Shown here piece by piece: positions 33,201 through 40,773 of a stretch of DNA of 64,000 nt. Position numbers and translations under genes: made by a program. A model generated the notes under the pieces. It searched no databases. It saw only the letters and a list, made by a program, of their open reading frames with translations, and had not been told where the DNA came from. Position 1 is the stretch's first letter. The number at the start of each line of letters is the position of its first letter. The stretch comes from Candidatus Eiseniibacteriota bacterium (lineage in GTDB: Bacteria > Eisenbacteria > RBG-16-71-46): assembly GCA_963776245.1 (NCBI GenBank), contig CAVZLN010000006.1, forward strand, positions 640,001-704,000. Reading direction: 5' to 3'.

Positions 33201-34637
33201 CGACCCGCCGGCGCGGCCCGTTCGCCGATCCGCAGGCCCCCCACGAGTTCCTCGCCTCGCCGTTCCACACCAGCAGCGACCTGTGCGGCACCTGCCACGA
33301 CGTCTCGAACCCGGTGTACGCGCGCGTGAGCGGCGCGCGCTACGCCGCGGGGCCGCTCGACACCCCCGCCGATTCCATCAGCTCGAGCGCGCTCATGCCG
33401 CTCGAGCGCACGTACAGCGAGTGGAAGAACAGCGCGTTCCCGGCCGGCGTCGTGCTGCCCGACTTCGCGGGCAATGCCCCCGGCGGCGTGGTGTCCTCGT
33501 GCCAGGACTGCCACATGCGCGCGGTCACGGGCCAGGGCTGCAACGCTCCCGGCGCGCCGGTGCGCACCAACCTCCCGCTGCACGACCTCACCGGCGGGAA
33601 CGCGTGGATGGGCGGCGTGATGGCGTCCCTGTATCCGGCCGAGGCCGACCCGGTGGCGCTCGCCGACGCCTCGGTCCGGGCGGTCGCCACGCTCCAGAAG
33701 GCCGCCACGCTCGGGCTCGTGCTCGCCCCCGAAGCCGACAGCCTGCGCGCCAGCGTGACCGTCACGAACCGCAGCGGGCACAAGCTGCCGACCGGCTACC
33801 CGGAAGGCCGCCGCATGTGGCTCGACGTGCGGGCGAGCGATGCGGGCGGGACGGTGCTCTACGAGTCCTGCCCGTACGACACCGCCACCGGCGTGCTCGC
33901 GCCCGGCCCCGGCTCGCGCGTGTACGAGGTCAATCTCGGGATCTCGCGCGCGACCGGCGCGGCGCTCGGCTTCCCGCACGGCGCGAGCTTCCACTTCGCG
34001 CTCAACGACTCGGTGTACAAGGACAATCGCATCCCGCCGCTCGGGTTCACGAACGCCGCCTACGACGCGTTCGGCGGCATGCCGGTGGATCCCGCCGGCC
34101 CGGCGCCGCGCTATCCGGACAACCAGAACTGGGACGTCTCGGACTACCCGCTGCCGCCCGGCACCGTCGAGGTCACCGCCACGCTCTACTACCAGACCAC
34201 CTCGAAGGAGTACGTCGAGTTCCTGCGGGACGCGAACACCACCAACACCGCGGGCCAGACGCTCTACGGCGCCTGGACCGCGAACCGGCGTTCGCCGCCG
34301 GTCGTGATGGCGACCGCCACCCTCCGCAAGTCGGCGGGCGTTCAGGCCGCTCCCCTGCCCACGGCTTTCTCGGTGCGCCCGCTGAGCAATCCCTCCCGCG
34401 GGACGCTCGAGCTCTCGGTCGGCTTGCCGCGCGCGGCCGACGGTGCGCCTCGAGGTGTACGACGTGGCCGGCCGCTGCGTGGGCCGCGTGCCGTACGGCC
34501 AGCTCGCGGCCGGCGTGCACCGACTGGCGTGGGACGGGCGCGTCTCCGAGCGCGCCGACGCGGGCGCGGGCGTGTTCTGGGCGGTGGTGCGAGCGGGCGA
34601 CGAGCGCCTGGTGCGGCGCATCGTGCGCCTGCGGTAG
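30218..34637 (+). CDS. Secreted multidomain protein: PQQ sugar-dehydrogenase (GSDH-type) propeller + PKD + beta-sandwich + Ig-like + pentaheme cytochrome c + FlgD-Ig/T9SS-like CTD (frameshift at ~34440)
   Basis: Signal peptide. GSDH motifs 'DRGLLGVAVDP', 'GKILRLDP', 'YGFRNPFR', 'GDVGW..WEE', 'NFGWP'. PKD 'WTFGDG...PSHLY...G.YT..LTVSD'. CxxCH at 32819, 32966, 33062, 33284 and 33500, then 'GHKLPTG'. CTD 'LEVYDVAGR...WDG...GVFW' in ORF 34443..34637. Confidence 0.85.
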
Positions 34638-34992
34638 CGGCGCGGCCGGGAGCGGCGAGCGCTCCGCGAGTGTCGGGACGCTTGACGCTTTCGCGAGCCG
34701 CGCATCCATCGGGCGCCCGGTCACGCGCCCGCGCGACGCATCCAGGGCTCGTCGTGGCGCGCGGTTCGGCGGATTCGCGTCCTCGCGCGCGCCGGTGGCC
34801 CGACCCTTGCCCCTCCCCAAGTGGATGTGTGTCTCCGGCCCCGCCACCCTCCCCGGGACCTTCCGCCCGGCCTCGTCCCCCCGGCTCCCGTCCTCCGGTC
34901 GCGGCGAAACCTCGCTATACGCCGTCCGCCTGACTTCCATTCCCTCCTTTCTTCCGCGGTCCGGTCCCCCATGTCGACGGGCCCCTCGCCCG

Positions 34993-35018
34993 GGAATAGC
35001 CCCCGGGTGACGGCGTAG
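34993..35018 (+). promoter_or_regulatory. Candidate ECF-sigma promoter GGAAT-N16-CGTAG
   Basis: GGAAT at 34993-34997 and CGT at 35014-35016, about 65 bp upstream of the 35083 ATG with its strong GAGGAGG RBS. Confidence 0.4.
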
Positions 35019-35082
35019 TTCCAGCCAGTCGCACCACGCAGGAACCCGCTGTCCCAGGCATCACACGAGGAGGAGGACGGTC

Positions 35083-36070
35083 ATGCACCTCATGAGCACG
35101 CTCACTCGCGCGGCCCTCGACGCCGCGGGCCGCCCCGGGCGGCGCATCACTCTCGCCGGGACCCTGGCGCTGGCGCTCGGGTCGCTGCTCGGCGCCGCCG
35201 CGCCCGCGACCGCCCGCTCTCTCACGGTGCCGATGGCCGACGGCCGGCTGGTGGATGTCCGCGTGCTCGTGGATGGAGCCGCCACCCCGCTCTATCAGCG
35301 CGCCGGGGCGTGGGACCGCCACTACTTCCAGGCGTTCCGCGGTCGCAACTACTCGCTCGAGGTGCGCAACACCACCGGGCAGCGCGTCGGCGTGCTGATC
35401 GCGGTGGACGGACTGAATGTCGTGAACGGCGAGCGCTCGCGGCTGGCGAACGGCGAAGCGATGTACGTGCTCGGTCCGTACGAGAGCGCCGTCATCCGTG
35501 GCTGGCGCACTTCGCTGGACGATATCCGGCGCTTCGTGTTCGTGGACGAGGAACGCTCGTACGCCGAGCGCACCGGCCAGGCCAACGGCGACATGGGCTG
35601 GATCCGGGTGCTGTCCTTCCGTGAGGACCGCCCGGCGTGGCGCTGGGACGAATGGAACCGCGTGCGCCCCGGGCGCGACGAGCGCGCCCAGCAGGGAGAG
35701 CGCGACGACCTGGCGCCGCCGACCGCGGCGCGCGAGAAGTCGTCCGACGGCGCGCCGGGCGCTCCCGTGCCGGCGTCCCCGAAGTTGGGCGACGCCGCGG
35801 GTGGCATGCCGCGCGGCGCGGAGCAGTTCCGCGACGGGGCGCGCCCTCCCGCTGGTGCAGGAGTCCACGCCCGGCACCGGCTGGGGCGAGCAGCGCCGCG
35901 ACCCGGTGCGCGAGGTCGAGTTCCGCGCCGAGCGCGCGCCGGTGGACCGCATCACGCTCCGCTACGAGTACGCCTCCGGCCTGCGGGCGCTGGGCATCGA
36001 CCTCCGCCGCGACCGGGTGTGGGAGCGCGAGCGCGGCGAGCTGGGTTTCGCAAAGCCGCCGCAGTGGTAG
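35083..36070 (+). CDS. Exported hypothetical protein (frameshift at ~35850)
   Basis: Signal peptide; 'Y.L.VRN.TG.RV...VDGLNV..G...YVL.PY.....GWR...F.F...SYA.RTG' block; C-terminal 'PGTGWGE...ITLRYE...GF..PP' in the next frame. Confidence 0.7.
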
Positions 36071-36115
36071 CCAGCACCTGACGCCATCCCCACGAGCGGC
36101 GGGCCCACACGGGCC

Positions 36116-36284
36116 CGCCGTTCGCCGCGCGGGACCAGGTGCGAAGGGGCGATTCCGGCGGAGCGGATTCATCGCCCCGCGCCACCAGGGCGCGCCGTTC
36201 GCCGGGCGGGACCAGGTGCGGAGGGGCGATTCCGGCGGAGCGGATTCATCGCCCCGCAGTACCTGGTCCCGTCCGGCGAGCGGC
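36116..36284. repeat. Two 65-bp direct repeats (period 77); copy 2 is part of a ~91-nt hairpin (REP/MITE-like or bidirectional terminator)
   Basis: 36116-36180 and 36193-36257 differ at 2 positions. GCCGTTCGCCGGGCGGGACCAGGTGC (36194) pairs with GTACCTGGTCCCGTCCGGCGAGCGGC (ends 36284); inner stem GGGGCGAT/ATCGCCCC. Lies between convergent genes. Confidence 0.85.
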
Positions 36285-36318
36285 CCCCGACCATGGAGTG
36301 GAGGGAACCGCGACCGCC

Positions 36319-37359
36319 CTACTCCGTCACCCCGCGCAGCACCGCGATCTGCTCGCCCATCTGGATCCCGCTCAGGTACGCGCCCTCGAGACCGCCCACG
36401 CTCGCGAACGCGTCGCCGATCATCGCCACGCGCCCTCCGCGCGGTGACTCGAACCCCAGCGGATCGCCGATCCGGTCGCCCTGCCGCACGCGCGAGTATC
36501 GCCACGTGTGCGTCTGGGTCCAGGCCGGGCGCGCGGCCCAGCGTCCGAGCAGTTCGCCCGCCTCCCACAGCAGATCGGCGCTCCACTCCTCGGGCGGTCG
36601 CGCCAGGCTGTCGCTCGAGAAGCGCGGGCGACCGTGCAGCACCAGCACCTCGTGGCGCGGCTTGGGCCGCTTGCTCGAGTCGTGGGAGATCATGTGGATC
36701 ATCGTGGTCTCGATCGGGTACCACATCTCGAACAGCGCATCGAAGGCCGGCGTCGCGTAGCCCGCGATCAGCGCCACGGTGCTCACCATCTCGATCGCCC
36801 GCAATCGCGCCAGCGGCGCCGCCGCGTCCGGCCAGTCCCCGATCAGCGGGCTCGCGAGCAGCGCCGACTCGGCCAGCGGCAACGCCAGCACCACGAACGG
36901 CGCGGCCAGCCGCTGGCCGTCCTCGAGCGTCACCGTGACGCGCCCATCCTCCTCGCCCAGCGCGGTCACGCGCGCGCGCAGACGCACGTCGAGGCCGCGC
37001 GCGAGATGCTCCGGGAAGGCGCTCACTCCCTCCTCGCGCGCCCAGCGCTTCGAGCCCGGGCTGAACGCGCTGCGCTGGCAGGCCAGGCGGCGGCCGCGCA
37101 CGTCCCGCGGCCAGCCGTGGAGCTTGCCCGGCTCGCCCAGCGCGTTGAGCGCGACGCCGAACTCGTGCGAGCGGGTGTGGAAGAACGGTACGCCGTGGTC
37201 CACCGGCTGACCGCCCGCCACGCGTCGCGTGGCGCACCGGCCGCCCACGCCGCGCCCGCGCTCCAACAGGACGGCGGACACCCCGCGCCGCGCCAGCTCG
37301 CCGGCGCAGGCGAGCCCCGAGACCCCGGCCCCCACGATGATGACGGTCGGCGCTCCCAT
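36319..37359 (-). CDS. Renalase-like NAD(P)/FAD-dependent oxidoreductase
   Basis: 'IVGAGVSGL', 'GGRCATRR...DHG..FF', 'WRYS' and 'GD......LEGAYLSG'. Confidence 0.85.
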   Translation of the reverse strand: MGAPTVIIVGAGVSGLACAGELARRGVSAVLLERGRGVGGRCATRRVAGGQPVDHGVPFFHTRSHEFGVALNALGEPGKLHGWPRDVRGRRLACQRSAFSPGSKRWAREEGVSAFPEHLARGLDVRLRARVTALGEEDGRVTVTLEDGQRLAAPFVVLALPLAESALLASPLIGDWPDAAAPLARLRAIEMVSTVALIAGYATPAFDALFEMWYPIETTMIHMISHDSSKRPKPRHEVLVLHGRPRFSSDSLARPPEEWSADLLWEAGELLGRWAARPAWTQTHTWRYSRVRQGDRIGDPLGFESPRGGRVAMIGDAFASVGGLEGAYLSGIQMGEQIAVLRGVTE

Positions 37360-37399
37360 GGGGGTCGAATATAGCACCCGGCTCTGCTATGACTCGCGC

Positions 37400-38698
37400 A
37401 TGGACGATCTCCGGGAGGACGCGGCCGCACCCCCGACCGCCGCCGAGCGGCGCGCGGTGCGCGCCTGGTGCATGTACGACTGGGCCAACTCCGCGTTCGC
37501 CACCACCGTGATGGTGGCCGTGCTGCCCGCGTACTTCCACGCCGCCGCCTCGCGCACCCTGCCCGCGCATCTCGCCACCGCCGCGTGGGCGTACACGGTG
37601 GCGGCCGGACAGCTGCTCGCCGCGCTCGCCGGGCCGCTGCTCGGCGCGCTCGCCGACCGGGCCGGCCGCCGCAAGCCGCTGCTGCTCGCCTGCATGCTCG
37701 CCGGGGCGGTCGCCACCGCCGCGCTCGCGGTCGTGCCGAGCGGCGCGTGGCCGCCGCTCGCGGCGCTGTTCGTCGCGGCGTACGTGGCGTTCTCGGCCAG
37801 CCTGGTGCTCTACGACGCGCTGCTCCCCGCGGTCGCGCGGCCCGCCGAGATGGACCGCGTCTCGGCGCGCGGATTCGCGTTCGGCTACCTGGGCGGCGGC
37901 GTGTTGCTCGCGCTCAACCTCGCGTGGATCCTGATGCCGCGCCGATTCGGACTGCCGGACGTCGAGGCCGCGACGCGGCTCTCGTTCGCGAGCGTGGCGC
38001 TGTGGTGGGTGGCGTTCTCGATCCCGCTCGCCCGCCACGTGCGCGAGCCCGCGTCCGTGGCGCGCGGCCACGGCGCGCACGCCTTCGCCGACGTGCTGGC
38101 GACCCTGCGCCTGCTGCCGCGCCATCCCGAGTTGCTGCGCTTCCTGATCGCCTTCTGGCTCTACAGCGACGGCATCGGCACGGTGATGCGCATGGCCACC
38201 GCCTACGGCAGCGAGGTGGGCATCGGTCGCGCGGACATGATCGGCGCGCTGCTCATGGTGCAGATCATCGCGGCCCCCGCGAGCCTGGTGTTCGGCAGGC
38301 TGGCGCGTCCGCTCGGTCCGCAGCGCGCCATCGCGCTGGCGCTCGCGGGTTACGTGCTCATCACCGCGGTCGGGTACTCGATGGCGAAGCCATGGCACTT
38401 CTGGGCGCTCGCCGGGCTGGTGGCGCTGTTCCAGGGCGGCGCCCAGGCGCTCTCGCGCTCGATGTTCGCGCGGCTCGCCCCGGCGTCGCGGCGCGCCAGC
38501 CTGTTCGGCTTCTACTCGGTGAGCGAGAAGCTCGCGGGCGTGGTCGGTCCGTTGCTGTTCGGGGTGGCGGCGAGCCTCGCGGGCAGCAGCCGGCTGGCGG
38601 TGCTCGGGCTGCTGCCGCTGTTCGTGGGCGGCGGGTGGCTGCTGCTCACCGTGGACCTCGCGCGCGGCAGCGCGCGCGCGGCGGCCGACGCGGACTGA
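37400..38698 (+). CDS. MFS transporter, UMF1/ATG22 family
   Basis: 'AWCMYDWANSAF', 'YDALLP', 'GFAFGYLGG', 'DGIGT' and 'QGGAQALSRS'. Confidence 0.9.
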   Translation: MDDLREDAAAPPTAAERRAVRAWCMYDWANSAFATTVMVAVLPAYFHAAASRTLPAHLATAAWAYTVAAGQLLAALAGPLLGALADRAGRRKPLLLACMLAGAVATAALAVVPSGAWPPLAALFVAAYVAFSASLVLYDALLPAVARPAEMDRVSARGFAFGYLGGGVLLALNLAWILMPRRFGLPDVEAATRLSFASVALWWVAFSIPLARHVREPASVARGHGAHAFADVLATLRLLPRHPELLRFLIAFWLYSDGIGTVMRMATAYGSEVGIGRADMIGALLMVQIIAAPASLVFGRLARPLGPQRAIALALAGYVLITAVGYSMAKPWHFWALAGLVALFQGGAQALSRSMFARLAPASRRASLFGFYSVSEKLAGVVGPLLFGVAASLAGSSRLAVLGLLPLFVGGGWLLLTVDLARGSARAAADAD

Positions 38699-38774
38699 GC
38701 CGCGCGGGGCGCGGGATGCGAGACCACGTTGGCGGCACAATCCACATCTGCGTCGTCGCTTCGATGCTGGTCCG

Positions 38775-40493
38775 CTACTGCACCACCGCGACCTTGGCGG
38801 TGGCACTCTCCCGGCCGCTGGCGTCGCGGGCGCGCAGGAAGTAGATGCCTGCGCGGATCCGCCCGCCCGCCGGCGGCAGCGCGATGGTGAACGCGTCGCG
38901 CCCGGCACCCGCCGACATCCGCCGCTCGCGCCACACCACCCGGCCCTGCAGGTCGTAGAGCCGGACCTCCAGCGCCCCCGCGATGGCGTCCATCACCTCG
39001 AACGCCACCTGCGTGCTGGCCGGGTTGGCCGACACCCGCAGCACCCACGGCCCCAGACCCTGCGCGGGCCACCGTGTCGCGGCACTCCACCATTCATAGC
39101 GCCGGTCCACGCTCTCGCGCCGGATGCGGTAGCGCACCATGCCGGCGGGCGCGGTGGTGTCGGTCCACCCCATCAGCGAATCGGGGCCGGCGCGCACCCG
39201 GGCCACCTGAACGAACCCCCCATCGCCATCGGCGCGCTCGACCGCCCACCACGAGCGCGGGGCGGACGTGGAGAGCGCCCAGCGCACCTGACGCAGCCGG
39301 CCGGCGGCGGCGACCCGCGGGGTGTCGGTGGTGGCGGTGGTGTACGAGTGCAGCCAGCGGACGCCGCCGACGTAGTTGGTCATCATCCAGGCCACCCAGA
39401 TGTCGCCATTGCGGTCGCGGACCACGTTGGGCAGGCCGCCGTTCAGTCCCTCGGCCAGTTCCACCGCGTGCCCGAACCCCGAATCCGACGGGACGCAGAT
39501 GCAGATATTGTCATTGCCCCCCCAGTCCTGGCTGTCCCACACCACTACGGGATAGTCGTACTCATCCCCATCCCGGCTCATCTCTGCACCAAATCCCCCG
39601 TGGAACTGCGTCCCATTGAGGTACGCGCACCCCAGCGATTCCGGTTCGCTCCACGCCGTGCCATCGAAGCTGGTGATGCGCACGTGTGGAGCCCAGGGGA
39701 TCACCCACGCCAGCCACTGCCGGCCACCCGGTCGCGCCCGTAGCCGAGGCCGCTGGGGCCCTGGATCGGGGATGAGCGGCCCCTCCTGCCAGTCGTCCCC
39801 GCGTGCGATCCCCCACTTGACTCCAATGTCCCAGCCCGCCGCCCACGCCACGATCGCCGTCGTATCGTCAAGCACCCCGAGGGTCAACCCGTAGTTATTG
39901 GTCGGCGCGTGCAGCGGCACGTTGGTGTAGGACAGTCCACCGTCGGAGTAGTAGAGCCGCAGCGAGTCCGGCAGTTCCCGATACCCGCGGTCCTCGACCA
40001 GCAGCCAGTGTCGCCGGCGGCTCGCCGCGCCCGCATACTCCGTCACAGCGTAGGATACCTCCGTCACGCTATCCGGCGCCCAGACGCTGTCGGCCACCAC
40101 GCGGGCCATGTGCATCGACGTCCGCAACTCATATACGACCGCCAGCCGCGACCACACGAGGTAGGTCAGCCCCGGTGGGGACTGCACCGGCCACAGCGCC
40201 CCAGTGCCACGGCCAAGGCTCCAGGTGCGCTGCCAGGTGCTGTCGGCCCACCGGTAGCCGAACGCGTCCTTGGCCCCGCCGGGGCCCCAGCGCGCGATGG
40301 CGTAGAGCTCGGGGGTGCCGGTGGTATCACGTTCCAGCCGCGGGAAGGCAACATAGCCGAACCCCGGCTCGATGAGCGTGGTGGCGGCCGTCCAGGCGCG
40401 ACCGGGCGGCAGCCCATCGGCGCGCGCAACCCCTGCGATCGCCACGGCCGAGAGGGCCACCAGCGCCGCCGATCGCCACCCGCGCTGTCCCAT
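38775..40493 (-). CDS. Secreted Trp-rich putative beta-propeller protein with Ig-like domain and T9SS/FlgD-like CTD (paralogue A, orphan)
   Basis: GGAGGT RBS; signal peptide MGQRGWRSAALVALSAVAIAGVARA; CTD 'NPAS...LEVRLYDLQGRVV...AGIYFLR...KVAVV'. Confidence 0.8.
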   Translation of the reverse strand: MGQRGWRSAALVALSAVAIAGVARADGLPPGRAWTAATTLIEPGFGYVAFPRLERDTTGTPELYAIARWGPGGAKDAFGYRWADSTWQRTWSLGRGTGALWPVQSPPGLTYLVWSRLAVVYELRTSMHMARVVADSVWAPDSVTEVSYAVTEYAGAASRRRHWLLVEDRGYRELPDSLRLYYSDGGLSYTNVPLHAPTNNYGLTLGVLDDTTAIVAWAAGWDIGVKWGIARGDDWQEGPLIPDPGPQRPRLRARPGGRQWLAWVIPWAPHVRITSFDGTAWSEPESLGCAYLNGTQFHGGFGAEMSRDGDEYDYPVVVWDSQDWGGNDNICICVPSDSGFGHAVELAEGLNGGLPNVVRDRNGDIWVAWMMTNYVGGVRWLHSYTTATTDTPRVAAAGRLRQVRWALSTSAPRSWWAVERADGDGGFVQVARVRAGPDSLMGWTDTTAPAGMVRYRIRRESVDRRYEWWSAATRWPAQGLGPWVLRVSANPASTQVAFEVMDAIAGALEVRLYDLQGRVVWRERRMSAGAGRDAFTIALPPAGGRIRAGIYFLRARDASGRESATAKVAVVQ

Positions 40494-40591
40494 GGGGGCG
40501 CACCTCCATCGCATCGGCGAGGCTCCGCACCCGACATGGAGGGTGGTTGTCGGATGCGAATGCGCCGGCGACAAGATGGATTCTACTTGCC

Positions 40592-40665
40592 AGCGCCGCG
40601 GCTGGGGAAGCGATGCGTTGACGTCCGTGGACACGCTGGCGCTCCAGTTCGAGTCGCCGGCGGTG
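40592..40665 (+). pseudogene. ~70-bp remnant of a homologue of the large 42768..47023 gene
   Basis: AGCGCCGCGGC...TGACG....GGACACGCTGGCGCTCCAGTTCGAGTCGCCGGCG (ALTSVDTLALQFESPAV) matches 46565-46636 (ALTPGDTLTLQFESPAI). Confidence 0.75.
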
Positions 40666-40701
40666 GACCCGAAGTGCGACCGGGGGTCTTCGAAGTGCAC
40701 G

Positions 40702-40739
40702 GACGACGCGGGTGGCGCCGCGGCGCCGCCCACGTCGTC
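40702..40739. terminator. GC-rich hairpin downstream of paralogue B
   Basis: GACGACGCGGGTGGCGCC-GC-GGCGCCGCCCACGTCGTC; no U-tract. Confidence 0.4.
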
Positions 40740-40773
40740 GCACCTTCCGCACGCCCGCCTGTGGTGCGGCCCG

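Noticed and set aside
30032..34705. Long antisense ORFs (1557 aa here; also 982..4266, 35492..38908 and others)
   Set aside because: Shadow ORFs expected at very high GC: Arg/Ala/Gly-rich, no motifs, and opposite well-supported genes.
36116..36257. CRISPR array
   Set aside because: Only two 65-bp units with a 12-bp gap and no cas genes; the geometry does not fit.
36194..36284. SRP (4.5S) RNA or tRNA
   Set aside because: No SRP helix-8 GNRA/AGCAG motif and no cloverleaf or T-loop.
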